From contig NC_057743.1 in NCBI RefSeq assembly GCF_004010195.1, forward strand, positions 7,610,352 through 7,674,351: a stretch of 64,000 bases of DNA. Direction: 5' to 3'. The notes beneath the pieces were generated by a model that did not search any database, had not been told where the DNA came from, and saw only the letters and a list, made by a program, of their open reading frames with translations. Shown in pieces: positions 11,973-26,039 of this stretch. The DNA is from Chiloscyllium plagiosum. Taxonomy: Eukaryota. The position numbers and the translations under genes are program-made. Position 1 is the stretch's first letter, and the number at the start of each line of letters is the position of its first letter.

Positions 11973-13560
11973 GTGAAATTGAATACATTCTGTAAAATTT
12001 TAAAAAAAATTATGAAAGCAAGTGCTTTGTAATGAACAGAGACGATCGGAAATCTGAAGAGACATTTATTGGTTAATTTTTGTCGACGTTCAGAAGCACT
12101 TCCGCAAATCTTTTTGTGGAGAGAGCTTGCTGGTGTTTGCACTTTCCCTCCAGCAGAATTGAAAACGTTCACCATATTTATTATTTGGGGTTCCTTTGTC
12201 TGTGAGTGGCTAAATAGTCGAGCTAGCATTTGGCGCTAAGCGCTTTCCTATTGTATAGTCTCTGTCCGTGATACCAACAGGGTGGGTTCAATTCCCATCA
12301 CCGCTTTGAGGTTACTATGAAAGACTCCCCCTCTCCCCTCCCCTGAGGTCTGGTAGACTTCAGATTAAATCACCACCAGGTGCTTATTTCTAATGCGAGA
12401 GCAGCCCCTATGGTTTGGTAAGGCTATGGCGACACAAGTCTGTGTCTAGAATCACACAGTCCCACCAAATTCAAGTGAAAGGACTGAGGGTATGGATATC
12501 TTATGTTACTTTGAGAATCAAATCCTGTAGTTTATAAATACTATAAACTGTTGTCCCCAAAACGACTTGTAATTTATAAATTACATGTAATTTAGTGAAG
12601 GCCTATCGCCCATAAATTTTAAATAATCCTAAACTAGAAAGCAGATTATAGAGACTTGAACACACAACCCTGAGTTACACTTCAGCCTTAAGGGCTTGCT
12701 GCACTGACAGCCTACCCCCTTTGAAGACATTAAACTAAGGCTCAGATTCTGCGGTATTATTTTGAGAAAGAGTGGTCTCCCCTGTGTCTTGGCCAATAAT
12801 TACTCCCCATTTGCCGCTACTACACCATTATTTTGTTTTTGTTTGTGACATCTTTCTGTCTGCATATTTGCTGCAAAAGTCCTTTGGTGCCAAAAGTTAT
12901 AAATGCAAATCTTTTATTGAACATTTATATAACTACTTACCAAGCTAAGAAGTGTCTTTTCCTATGATGGGTATTGGAAAACTTGCCACTTCTCAGGTGG
13001 GCATTCTTCCTGCACTTGGATTGGGATACATGAAATCTACTTCTAAGTGATACATTGTCACATATCACGGAAACACTTAAGATATTTACTGTTATACTTT
13101 GGCAGGGATAACGTGTTGTTACTCTGTATCTGAAATTCTGCCAGTATTTTTGGCTATGGCAAAGATATTACTTCACACAAATGCACTTTATTGAATTTTG
13201 ATTTCCTCAGTATTGTACAATTGGCATGTTACCTCTAGGTTTGGCATACCATACTATACAGAAGCATTCTTCAATAAAGCTTTCTCATTATTTGCCAACA
13301 ATTTCAACGAGTTATGAAATTCATCTTATGAATGTAGAGTAATACTACCTGTGCAGTGGTAATTTGAGTCGTCATTTGCTTAAACTCATTGGAAACCAGG
13401 TAAAAACAATGACTGCAGATGCTGGAAACCAGATTCTGGATTAGCGGTACTGGAAGAGCACAGCAGTTCAGGCAGCATCCAAGGAGCAGTAAGGTTAGTC
13501 TGCTCAGATGAAGGTTACTTACGGCTTAAAGCTATTCTATTGTACTGATCATTTTTCAAG

Positions 13561-13686
13561 GTAAAAACAATGACTGCAGATGATGGAAACCAGATTCTGG
13601 ATTAGTGGTACTGGAGAGCACAGCAGTTCAGGCAGCATCCAAGGAGCAGTAAAATCGACATTTCGGGCAACAGCCCTTCATCAGGA
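13561..13686 (-). mobile_element. Short Penelope-derived terminal repeat with hammerhead motif
   Basis: TSD atttttcaag (13551-13560 and 13687-13696). The minus strand reads UUC-CUGAUGA-A-GGGC(UGUU)GCCC-GAAA-UG-UC-GA. A near-identical partial copy lies at 13399-13492. Confidence 0.7.
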
Positions 13687-14050
13687 ATTTTTCAAGCCAA
13701 TTCTCTTGAGGTGAAAGGACCACATTGTCATTTCTTTAAAAATAGCTACAGAATAATTAAAAAAAACATAAAGTTACTGTTGTCTAATCTGCCACATGGC
13801 TGCTCTTTTATTAAAGAGGGAGAAATAACTGGTGGTGATTTAACTTGAGGGTCACCACATATCAGATGAGAGAAAAGGTTGAGAAGGAGAGTCCCTGATC
13901 CAGGAATTAAGCCCACACTGTTGATATCTCTTTGCATTGCAAACCAGCCATCCAGCCAATTGAACTCACCAACCCCCACAAAATGATTACAGGAAAACAA
14001 GAATAGTGTTTATTATATTTTACGGTAACTGCTTGTTTTATCTTGGATAG

Positions 14051-14177
14051 ATCCCACGTCAAAGATGTCGCTTATGTTTGTACAAAGATGGGACAGAAGT
14101 TCATGCTGACAATTTCTCGTGTCTGGAAGATAACTGTAAGCTTATCTTTCTGGAGCAGGGACAGCAGTGGAATGGAG
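14051..14177 (+). CDS. DFFB: DFFB coding exon 2
   Basis: IPRQRCRLCLYKDGTEVHADNFSCLEDNCKLIFLEQGQQWNG (CIDE-N LYxDGTE motif); ag|..G|gtaagt; 127 nt. Confidence 0.95.
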
Positions 14178-15361
14178 GTAAGTCCAGATTCCCATGTGGA
14201 CTGGACAGATTTTGAGAGGAGAGGGAACAGATTTTATTTGGGAAACCTGGGATTCCTGGTTTCTCGTTGACTTTCTTCAAGTTGGTTCCCCCTCTGGAAG
14301 TCAGCCAGATTGACAGGCTTGATACCCTGTGGAGTCGGGCAAAGGTTCAAAGGAGATGCAGCCCAGGAATAGCAAAGCTGCACATTATTGGGGGGGGGGG
14401 GGGGGGTGCAACAGAAGTACAGAACTGCAGTCACTCATACTCAAAAGATTGGGAAGCAAATAAATGTGGTGGATTGGAGGTTGCACTCTTGCTTTTCTTG
14501 GCTGACAAGCTGTTCTGTAAAGGTGCCCATCCTTTTCACGAAGGAGTCCTTGTCTCCCTTTAGTTGGCCAGTACATGCTAAGTAACCTCTTGGGAGTGTT
14601 CCCTACTCTCCAGATCCATCCCAGCTCCATCAAAACTGGAAGTTGGGTTTGGGATTTTAAAAAATTAACATTTTATCCAATCCGGAAAGTGCCATTTGTC
14701 TACAAGTCTTTTGCAACTGCTTTCATACAGTCATAAGGGCACAGGAGAAGGTCATTCAACCCATCAAAGCCATGATAGCTCTCTGCTTAGCAATCCATCA
14801 TGTCTTATTTTGTTACACTGTCCCTGCAGCCTTCAAATTTATTTCCCTTAAGTGCCCATTCAATTTTCTTTTGGAATCATTTCTCCCCATGCTCACAAGC
14901 AGTGGTTTATTCGTTCCACATCGAGTAGTTTCACTTGTGAAAAACCTTAAATCTGTGTAACCTAGTCCTTGTACCATCTAAATGGGAGCAGTTTTCTGGG
15001 AGATCTGTTGCAAATATACACTTTTAGTTGGTTGCTCACACAGAGCTGATGCTTATCCCTACATTTGAGGAGTACACTGTTGATGGGCACTGGGTCAAGA
15101 AGACTCAGTGTCACCAAATTAGGAGTATTTTGTGTGGTGGAGGATTTGGGGATGGATTACTTCATGTGCCAAAACAACATGCTAGACTATGTGGAATGCA
15201 GTTTGCAATATTGAAGGCTTGCTGATGAGATAGCCTATTGTGTAAGCAAAACATTGAATCTGAATAACAATGTTTCACTGTAGCTTATAATAATTTAAGA
15301 TCATAATTCCAATTCAGATTGATTTTAAAACTAAAGACTCATATCTCTGTCTCATTTACAG

Positions 15362-15547
15362 AAATTTGCTACTGTTTGAATAAAATATTTCATGACCAAA
15401 ATAATGAAGAACTAATTATGATTGCAAGGCAAATGTTATCTGATGAAACAGAACCCAGGAGAAAGATGCTGCTGCAGTACATTGTTCAAAACACTGCTGG
15501 AAATATAACAGCTGAAAATCGTAAGGATGACCAGGAGTGGTTTGAAG
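15362..15547 (+). CDS. DFFB: DFFB coding exon 3
   Basis: EICYCLNKIFHDQNNEELIMIARQMLSDETEPRRKMLL...AENRKDDQEWFE(G); 186 nt, phases match neighbouring exons. Confidence 0.93.
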
Positions 15548-16330
15548 GTGATGTGCTGCTGATGTTGATAGAAATATCAGACCGAATAACCTTGGTTATT
15601 TAGAAATAACATGCAAAATATACCAATGGTAAATTCATGCTCAAATGAAACAAGAAATTCTCATTCAGCCCATTGATAGGATTTCTTTCACAAATCATGC
15701 ACAATTTTCTCAGGCATATATCATAATCCCAACATCATCATTCTCCCTTCCCTTTGCCACACACCTTCTATCTTTTCCTGATGGTGCTTACTGCATGTCT
15801 GTGTGGATGGAACTCTTTGACTGAGTAAGGTGTCACCTTTATGTCTGTCTTCAATTTCTACACATAACCTTCCATCAAGTGAGCTGAGATGTGCTATACC
15901 ACTTGAAGAAGTCTTTGTTCCTCTGTCAAAGAAACAGGCACAACATTACATTTAAGACTTGGTTATTGAACACATTTGCAGCAGTGTGATTTAGACAGAC
16001 TCCCTCCTAAGCAGCCTAACATTTACAATGCTGCTTCACTAGAGGATGGAGAGTTAATGAGGGAAAAAGAGACACAGTAGTTGGAAATAAGGCAACATTT
16101 TGGCACAGCTGTATCAGATTTATTGCAGAAAATGTAACTTGGCATTATAGGTGACCTTGGGTAATTATTAACATGCCTGCAATAAATGTGCTACACAGTG
16201 ACCATTTTTTCCAAAAGTAGGCAATTAAATATCCTATTCAACCCCTTTGTGAGTTGATGATTCAGTTACACTAGTATATAACGGTTACTACAAATTACAA
16301 GCACTATCTATAGGATCTGTTATATTGCAG

Positions 16331-16410
16331 GTTTGGAATCGCGATTTAAAACCAAATCTGATTATATGAGATTCAGTTGTGGCAGAAGAATGAGAAATTA
16401 CCTGACAGAG
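16331..16410 (+). CDS. DFFB: DFFB coding exon 4
   Basis: GLESRFKTKSDYMRFSCGRRMRNYLTE; ttgcag|..GAG|gtatga; 80 nt. Confidence 0.96.
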
Positions 16411-17230
16411 GTATGAAATTGAAACAATTTATATTCTTTAATATAAAATTAACTATATGAAGCACAATGTTTTCTACCTTTTGAGATACTCTTTGTGCCT
16501 AATTATCACATTAACCTGATTAGGCTGTTTCCATCATGTTGTAATAACCAAAGATTGTAAATGCAATAATTTTAAAAGTCTACCCATTTCTATTTTACTC
16601 CTTCTACCATGATGTGGTAAGATTAAATTAGGCACTTTTCTCAAAGTGTACATTTGTAATAAAACAATGCCCTTCCTCTTACCAGAAGCCTAGGAACATT
16701 TGCATACTTGGAGTGGTGTTGGTTCCAAGCATTTTACTTTTAAAAGGAACACCTCCCAAGTCAGTTGCTTCAAGGTATGGCACTCTGTCAATTGGTTGTG
16801 TGGCCTGGATGTTGGATCCTCACGAGCTCATTCTTTATAGCATAATATTCTATTGTTCTGTGAAAATGCTTCCAACAACTATCATTTATCTCACACCTTT
16901 AACAAAAAAAATCCAATGATACTTTGCAGGAATTTTATCTAACAAAATTTCACACTGGAAATATTAGGGCAGGTGACCATAAGCTTTGTCAAACAGGTGG
17001 GTTTTATGGAGTGTCTTAACTGGAGAAGAGAAATTACAGAGCTTGGAACCTTGGCATCTGAAAGCACATGCTCCAATGGTGAAGTGATTCAAATAATTAC
17101 TTGCAAATATTCTCCTTCATATTTCCTCCCTTAATGCAAAATGTATACATCCACTGTGATATGGTAGCATCACCTAGCATATTGATTCAATTAGTAGAAA
17201 GACACTGTAACACATTGTTTCCATTCACAG

Positions 17231-17401
17231 GTTAAAAGCCATGCTGAAAATGTTGATAAAAAAGTGAAGGAAAAGTACTGTGCATTTGTAGCAAGAATAG
17301 AGAAACTGCTTCAACAAACTAAGTTCAATGGGTGTTACTTTGACAGGACAGCAAATGGTAATAGTCGTCTCTGCACTGATGAAGGATGGTTTACTTGTCA
17401 G
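17231..17401 (+). CDS. DFFB: DFFB coding exon 5
   Basis: VKSHAENV...FNGCYFDRTANGNSRLCTDEGWFTCQ; 171 nt; donor gtgagt. Confidence 0.96.
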
Positions 17402-18099
17402 GTGAGTTTAAGGTGATAGCTGAGCAAAATATAAGCTGAAACCTCAAGCCTGGGGGTTTTCATGTGTCATGACTGATGTATGCTAATTAATAGACATTAG
17501 TCTCTACTGGTCAATCAGTTCAACACTGTTTCAGAAGCAAAATATTGTAGATACTCAAGATGTGAAGTAAAAACAAGATGCTGGAAATATTGAACATGTC
17601 AGGCAGCATCTGTGGAGGGAGTAACAGAGCTAACAGTTCAAGCTGATAATCTTTAATCAGAATTGGGAAAAGTTACAAATGAAGTAGATTTTAAACAAGC
17701 CATAGCGTTGTCTCTCATTTAACAAAGAAGGAGAAATTCAATAGCTTTACAGAAGACAGCTGAGATTAAATGATGCACAACCAAAGGAACTGGCAAATAA
17801 AGAAAAAAAAAGTTGAGGTACTGTGGAGAAAGTGGAGAAACTCAGCATCTATAGAGAGAAACACAGTTAATGTTTGAAGTCCGGTGATCCTTTATCAGAA
17901 ATAGTGAGTGTCATTGTGGGTTGGTAGACGTTGGGTGCCAAAATATATTTCTGTGAAGAATCAAAATCATTGTGATGATATGAAATGCAGATAACAGCGA
18001 TGTAAAATCTGAATTATCAGAAGCTTCTCATTAGCTAATGACTTTGCTTCACCTTTCGTGTCACCAACTCTGTACTTGTCCGGCAAGGCTAAGTTACCA

Positions 18100-18815
18100 A
18101 ACAATGTCTATCTCCAACAAGAAATAATCTAACCATCTCTCCTTGACATTCAACTGTTATTACCATTGCTGAATCCCCCATGATCAGCATACTGGGACTT
18201 ACCATTGACCGGAAGCTGAACTGAATTAGCCATGTAAATATTACAGCTATAACTGGTCAGAGATTGGGAAATCAAGTCAAGTAACTTACAATCTATCTCC
18301 CCAAAGACTGCACACCATCTTCAAGGCACAAGTCAGGAGTGCGATAGAGTGCTCTCAACTTGCCTGGACGAGTACAGCACTCAAGAAGCTCAACACCATT
18401 TGGAACAAAGCAACCTGCTTATCAGCATCTCCTCATCACCTTCACCCTTTACTCTTTCTGTCATGAGCACAGTGTTATCTGAATGCATCATCTACATGAT
18501 GCACTGCAGAAACTTAACAAATCTCCTCCAGGAGCATTTTTCAAACCCATAACCTCTATCATCAACAAGAATAAAGGTATGAGATACATGTGAACACCAC
18601 CACATGTAAATTCCTGTCTGAGTCACACCATCATTGGAAATATGTCACTGTTACTTCAGTGTACTGAGTCAAAATCCTGGAACTCCCTCCCACATTGCAT
18701 TGTGGGTATACCTACACATACAAAGTTCTGTGAGCTGACTCCTTAAACCTTCCTGTGGGCAACTGGGGATGGGGAATAAATATTGCCTATGCTGGCAACG
18801 CCCACATCCTATGAA
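18100..18815 (+). mobile_element. Old L2/CR1-group LINE 3' fragment (same family at about 20530-20980, 27770-28170, 43345-43570, 51515-51775, 61330-61610)
   Basis: Recurrent WMSAxPTTLKxLxTIQDKAxxLIG-type segment and tail gtcaaaatcctggaactccc..gggcaataaatgctggcc. Confidence 0.6.
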
Positions 18816-19735
18816 CAACTGTTTTTTAAAGAGAAGCAGTGTAAACTGAGGAAAATTCTACATGTTGAGTGAGTCACCAAAAATGTTGCAGCTGGAGTAT
18901 GATGTGGGAAAATATGAAGTTGTACATTTTAGCAAGAAGAATAAAAAATCTGGATGTTATTTAAAAGAAGAACTATTGCTGAATTATGAGTTGCAGCTGA
19001 AATAACTCCACAGCGGCTGGTATCCCATCACCAAATAACTCCAGAGTCCTTGACACTGATTCAGTTCCCTCAGAGCCAGCTGTCAGAGTGAGCAGATCCT
19101 CTGACATGTCTGTTTACGACTGTCAGCCAGGGTTCCCTGATTGGACAAGATTAACAGCCCCAAATAGGGAACTCATATTCTTTGAGGTACACCTGACTGA
19201 CCTCATTACAATCACTATAGCAGAAGAATCAATGTTTTCTACTGTATGAATCATAAAAGGTTAATATGCACAGGAAGTGATTAAGAAGGTAAATGGGAAT
19301 CTGACCCATTATTGAACATAAAAGTACAAATGTTATTAGAAGCATTGATGAGACCACATCTTGAACACTGTGTGGTGTCTGCATATAATTTGTGATTAAG
19401 TCTCTGGAGTGGGCCCTGAATAAGCCATCTTCTGTTTCAGAGTTGAGTGTGTTTCCAACTGAGGTGCGACAAATACATGTACCCTGGTTTCTATATTCTT
19501 TTTAGAAACTACTAGCATAAACTTATGTGGAAATGCTTGGGTACCTCAGTGGTTCAAATGCTTTGTTTGGGCTGCGGTGGTTCAGGTTGCTTCCAAAGCT
19601 AACTTACACCAACGGCACAAAGTATTCATAAACTTTTCCTGTTTAAACAAGAGCTTCAGCCAAATCTCTGTTCAAGACTAAACAAATTGTCAGGTTGGAA
19701 TTAAACATTGGAATTGAACTTCTATACATTTTCAG

Positions 19736-19836
19736 GGGGCGTTTGATCAGCAGGAGTGCAGTTCTTTCCATTCCATCAATCCATATGGTAACAAAGAAAA
19801 CAGAATTGTGTTTAGCACATGGAACCTGGATCACAG
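19736..19836 (+). CDS. DFFB: DFFB coding exon 6 (active-site region)
   Basis: GAFDQQECSSFHSINPYGNKENRIVFSTWNLDH(R); 101 nt; canonical splice sites. Confidence 0.97.
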
Positions 19837-19889
19837 GTGAGTGGAGGTGTGCACTTTCAACCATCATTTCTGTATGTTTGGGAAACTGA

Positions 19890-20203
19890 GTTCATAGAAA
19901 AGTTTCTACAGTGTGGAAACAGGCCCTTCAGTCTTACAAGTCCACACTGACCTTCCAAAGAGTACCTCACCCACACCCATTCCTCTACATTTACCCCTAA
20001 CCTGCACATCCCTGAACACTATGGGCAATTTAGCACGGTCAATTCACCTAATCTGCACATCTTTGGATTGTGGGAGCAAACAGAGGAAACCCACGCAGAT
20101 ACAGGGAGAATGTGCAAACATCACATAGACAGTCACCCGAGGCTGGGCTCAAACCCAGGTCTCCAGTGCTGTGAGGCAGCAGTGCTAACCACTGAGCCAC
20201 CAT
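19890..20203 (-). mobile_element. tRNA-derived SINE (HE1-like)
   Basis: Reverse strand begins ggtggctcagtggttagcactgctgcctcacagc (A box) with a B-box-like gggtttgagccc and ends in the CR1-like tail gggcctgtttccacactgtag. Confidence 0.85.
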
Positions 20204-22008
20204 GATTCTCTGCAAATTTGAGGCTGTTACGTCTCAGTTTGAATGTTTGTAAAGTTTTCACAATAACTTTGAGATTTCATGTTCAAATTTGATGTGGGAG
20301 TTGAAAGCTAATCATCAAAATTCAGTTCTGATAAGATCCCTCTCTTTTTTAGTGTTTTTCATCTCCTTTATTATGAGCAGAGGAAAAATTAAGCCATTCC
20401 TGGTCTTACTCTCATGGTTAGTGTATTTACAGTTTGTAGATTTGGTTCTTGTTTTTTACGCTATCTCACACACGAGTGAATAATCCTACGAATAACAGAC
20501 ACTAAGCCACTAATTAATAAATTTTCCCAACTTGTGTGGATGAGTGCAACACCAACAACACTCAAGAACCTCAGCACCATCCAGGATAAAGCAAACTGCT
20601 TGATTGGCATTCCTCTCTCCTTCGTTCCACCACCTCCCCAGCCTCACCACCTTCGACTTTCGCTCTTTCTGTCACTAGCACAGTGGCATCTGAGTGTATC
20701 ATCTACACAGTGCACTTCAACAACTGAACAAACCTCTTCCAGCAGCACCTTACAAACCTACAATCTGTAGGTACGAGATACCACCTCGTGCAAATTCCCC
20801 TCCAAGTCACATCATCCTGACTTTGATATATGTTGCTGTTACTTCAGTGTTGCTGGGTCAAAATGCAGGAATTCCCTCCCCCACAGCACTGTGGGTGTAC
20901 TTATACATCATAAAGTACAACAGTTCAAGGAGACAGCTCACAGTTTCTTCTCCTCAGCAACCAGGAACAGGCAATAAATTATTCAAATTTTCACTTTTAA
21001 AGAATTGGACTTAAACATTTTGTTTAAATTGTGTTTAATGTTCTATAAATACAGAAATCTTTAGTGAATCATTTTGCAGAGCAGATGATAATATGTTGAT
21101 TTGTTTAGTTTATTTATCGAGTTATTTGTAAGTCTGTTTGTGAAACTATTTTGAAACCTCCGAAAGGCTTAAAAACAAAATGCCTGATTTAACATGTGAT
21201 CGGGGAGTGGATCGTTCCAAACTAGACAGCGAGAGATTGCAAGTCATCAGCCTGCGTTCAGCCAACTTCCTGCATGAAGTTGGTGGGAAGTAGATTCTGG
21301 TCTCCAAGAGGGAGGGTAAATTCCCATGCACAGGAGCAAGGGAACAATGCTGAGCTCCAGGGAAAATCGCACCAAAATGGCTTTCTTTTTAAAAGGCCTC
21401 TTCTTGTCACACGCCCACTCTTTGCTTGGGTGACCTGGCTGAAAAGCTACATTTATCCTATCGAGGTCTCAGATTAAAACAGCAAGTAGGTCCTAATGAC
21501 GTGATTGGAGTCTGAGCTTTACAGAAGGATCCTGTGTATGACCCTCTTTCTGCTCTGATGTGGAGACTAAAGTCACAGCTTGAGAAACCAGCAGAGTTTG
21601 TCAGTGAGTTTATTGCTGTTGCTTTTAATTATCTGGTAAAGTTATCTCTACATTTGCCAGATGTGATCTGCTTTTATGAAATATTATTTGATTGTGATGA
21701 CTACATCATCATTACAACTGAATTCCAGTTTATTCTGAGGCTGAAATCTTGCTACATGGTCTGACAGGAAGTAATGTGTGTGGTCCTGTGACTGTCTCTT
21801 CCTCACTCTGGCTAAACCCTGCCAATATTTTGAAATAAACTGATGAGAATAAATTTCAGAGATTCCCAAGTTGAAAGTGTGAATTATAATTGTTTATTTG
21901 ATTGAACAATCCTCAATAGTAATTGTGAAATTTGACTTGTTTAAATGTGTACATTTAACAAAGATTGCGTTTTATTTCAATATTCCTAATTCAACATTTT
22001 CTCCACAG

Positions 22009-22273
22009 GATTGAGAAGAAGCGGGCCATCATTCCAGCAATAGTCAATACTGTAAAGAATCAGGACACCGATGACAATCAGGTTGAATTTTTCTACAGTC
22101 ACTTGTTTACTCTGGCCAACCTGAAGCTGGTTCACATTGCCTGTCACAAGAAAACAGAGCACAATCTTACATGTGACCCACCTCCAATCAACAAGATCAA
22201 GAAAAGAAAGATGAAAATGTCTTCAGCTCCCCCAAGGTCTGCTCGGAAGTATCTTTCACAGAGTGCCATATAA
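22009..22273 (+). CDS. DFFB: DFFB terminal coding exon 7
   Basis: IEKKRAIIPAIV..FFYSHLFTLANLKLVHIACHKKTEHNLTCD..KIKKRKMK..stop. The seven exons total 1035 nt (344 aa plus stop) in one frame. Confidence 0.97.
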
Positions 22274-24733
22274 TTTGCCTGAAGAATGCCTTTAAGGATT
22301 GGAGTGGAGAGCGTAGGTGGGTGAGAGGCTTCTCCAAATTTACTGAAATGTGCAGTCATAGACGAGGTGAGCTTTGCAATTGAGCTCTGTGTGAAGCTCG
22401 TTAGTGAACTGAATGCTGTGAAATGGTGAATGCATAAATCAAGTGATACAGGTTTGTGTAGACGCTCACAAAATATTAGTTACTATTGTCAGAAAATCAG
22501 TGATGGTCAAACTCAGGCAATCAGTGACACTTATCTATGCCACGTTTCCTCAAATTTAAATGGATCCCTTTTAAAAGTGAGATTGGATTGATACAGTGGT
22601 GTTGTAGAACAGAAACATACAGGCTGGTATGTTCAAATGTTCAGGCTTCATTCATACAAAACATTTCAAGTTCAAGTTAACTTATTGAACATCTTTAACA
22701 AAAGAGCAGCTATCAAATTCAACTAAACTTATTGAATATTTTTAATAACAGTGCAAGGCTATCTGTGAAACCTCCATGTTACTTAGAAGTGAATGACAGC
22801 AAAAGTGGATAGTCCCTCCGAAGGTATGACTCAGATTGCTAAATTTAATGAGAGAAGCTTAAGATATTAAAAAGAGCTTGAACTGCTTTCTGTCCAGTAG
22901 GTAATACAAGTCAACAGTGGAACGATGGTGGCAATGGCAGCAGAATCATGTTATGCTTTATAGGTGGAAGGACACACTGTTTACCTTCTTCTCTAATAGT
23001 CTTCACTTTGCATATATACGGTTAATACAAAGTATTTCAAAGCAAAAGGAAGACATTATATTGTGCGGTTATATTTGACAAAAGCTAAGTATATCTCATA
23101 TATATAGGAGTGTCTGTTAGTGAGGGTAATCCAGATACCATCATTTGTGTTGGGTTCAACCAGAATCAAGAACCCAAGAGAAACTGAAACCTATCATTGA
23201 AGGTTGATTCAATGTTTCAGAGTTTAATCTCAAAGTATTCTCAATATTACAAGTTTCAAATAGTTTCAGTCACTGGTCTCAATAATGTCAGTGATTTGTG
23301 AAGTATTTGTTAATTATGACACCAGTGAGTTGCCCTTACAACCACTGTTTTTCATTTGGTTGTTACTGCATCCATTAATGATGTGTAATTTAAATTGGTA
23401 TAAAACTTTAAATACATTTGTTCATTTCTTTTATTCTCTATTTCATTTAAAGTTGTGAATCTGATTTCCTTTTAGATTTGTCAATGAAGGCAATCCTCTG
23501 CGTAGCTAGTGGGAATCCAAATTGAGCACAAAAAAAGGATAAATTTGATCTGAAATTATTCATGTAAAACAATTTGGTGCACTGACTCAGGCAACTTTCA
23601 TCTCGAGACCTAACAATGGATGGCAAACAATGGACTGCTCTGCAGTGAGGAATTACAGTAAAAGAATGTTTATAGGTCCCTTGGCATAAACTTTTGTCAT
23701 TCCTAAAATCTAGAGTTCTTACAGATCCAGAATTATTAGGTAGCAATCAGGAGTAAGGACCATAATTGTTTGATACTTTGCAATGTTTGTGATGATGAAA
23801 GAGTTATCATTGTCTTCTTTCACTGAGATCATTCATGACAGAGTATGGAACTGTATGACTTTGCAATAGTAGTCAATCCCAATTCTTCACTGAGCCACAG
23901 GAGTCCTGTTTAAAAAAATGTTTTGTATGTTATGTTCAAATTATAATCTATTTTTCTGTAAATGTATGAATATTTAATTGTATCAAAAGTATGAATTTTA
24001 ATGCAGAAGAAAAATGTTGCAAATTTCTCCAAATCATCCAGAAGAGGTTTTCACCCCTTCTTGTGTTTGAAGATTTGCTTCTGAAATTATTCTTATGTCT
24101 TGGTGCTTGTGATTTTTCCTCTTAAGCTCTGTCATCTTATGTTTGAGTGTAGCACATGTTTTATTATACATTTTGTAAATAATTGATGAATTACAGTCTG
24201 AGTTTAAATTTGTATACTTTGAATCATGTACATCGAATGCAGCCTCCAACTATCTCTACTTGCCTACAACAAAGATCACTTGCCTTGGTAACAATGAGTC
24301 AGAATATGATCTGTTACAACAATTATGGAAACAGGGATATATAAAAATGTGAAAAAAATGGAATCTTTAATCCAATCAATTGATTCTAACATTTTTGCTG
24401 CAGAATGGATCTGCCTTAATTTTTAGACTGTCACAAATGTATCAAGTTCAAATAAACCTGATGTATATTTTAATACTTGTTGCTCATTTGGCACCCTGAT
24501 TAATCATCATGAAAAGTATACCCTGCTGCTAAAAATAACACACTGATCCCAGACACAATGGAGATGATTCCGTAAAAAGGCAGCAGAACTCTGGTGATAT
24601 TCCTATGCTAATAATCCAGATGTCTAGAATAATGCAGGTGTATGATCAAATCCCACCAATGATGGAAAGAAAGTATGGGTCCTGGTGTTTCTTCTGCATT
24701 CCCAGCCCCTCATTTTGCCTGGACACACTCCAC

Positions 24734-25602
24734 TTCAAATCTGGTGACTCTTCATCAGAACAACCTACAAAGGTCCTCTCACAATCTAGTATGTAGGGAA
24801 TTCTTACTCCACATCTGAGTTTTCTGTCATTAACACGATGGTGCAATGCGCAGAATATGTTAATGAGGACTGAGGCCATCACTGAGAACCATTGTCATTG
24901 TGTACACAGTGTTGTAAATAACAAATGAGATATTTCCCTGTCAAATTAATAATATTGCACAATGCTTTGTACTTACTGAAATGGTAGTAGAGACAGTGGG
25001 ATCACCTGTTGGACGCACACAAACTATCTCTGCATTGTCTATATGTCTTACCTTTCAGATATTTTCTAATCAGCTTGTTCTGAGATGTTGCTCACACCCC
25101 TACAGCAGGTAGGACTTCAACCTGTTGTGAGGATGCCACCACTGCACCACAAGGACCTCAATCTATTTTTAACTCTTTCCAAATTAATGAACCAATCACA
25201 GAAAGATCCTTGTAACTTGATATTGTCAAGTTGGTTACTGATATATATGCTCAATATATATTCAGCATGGGTCATTAATATTGAGAGGAGCAACAATATA
25301 ATGCAGAGATAGTTTGTGTGCATCAAACAGGTGATCCCACTGTCTCTACTACCATTTCAGTAAGTACAAAGCATTGTGCAATATTATTAATTTGACAGGG
25401 AAATATCTCATTTGTTATTTACAACACTGTGTACACAATGACAATGGTTCTCAGTGATGGCCTCAGTCCTCATTAACATATTCTGCGCATTGCACCATCG
25501 TGTTAATGACAGAAAACTCAGATGTGGAGTAAGAATTCCCTACATACTAGATTGTGAGAGGACCTTTGTAGGTTGTTCTGATGAAGAGTCACCAGATTTG
25601 AA
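24734..25602. repeat. Long inverted repeat: 303-bp arms (24734-25036 and 25300-25602), 263-bp spacer
   Basis: Arms are reverse complements, with only 2 mismatches seen by eye. Confidence 0.93.
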
Positions 25603-26039
25603 AAGTTAATTCGCCTTTCTCCACACAGATGCTGCCGGTGCTGCAGATTTGCGAGCATTTTCTATTTTTGTTTCAGATTTACAACATCCACAATTCTTTG
25701 TTTTATTTAAACCTTTTTATGTTTTGGCTTTGGAGATGTTAACTACCTGTTCTGTATAGAAAAGGGTTCTCACCCCGCTGCAACTCACATTGTTAGGGAA
25801 AGTGGGAGGGGTGGGAGAAGGGAGAGGGTTGCAGGGAGGGAAGGAATGAGGGGGATGAGGGAGGGAATGAGAGGGAAGGAGGAAGGGATGATGATGGGGA
25901 GAGTTCTTTCACTTAATGCTATCTAAGCTCTCGCTCTGGACACACTGACACTTACTCACTTCTCTCAAGATAACCCTCGACCGCCAGCAATGAAGGTCCA
26001 TTCCCTGGGGATGGATTGCTTTGAAGATGTGGCTGACTG

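Noticed and set aside
11711-12229. 172-aa minus-strand ORF
   Set aside because: Antisense to DFFB exon 1 with no recognisable motifs; probably a chance frame.
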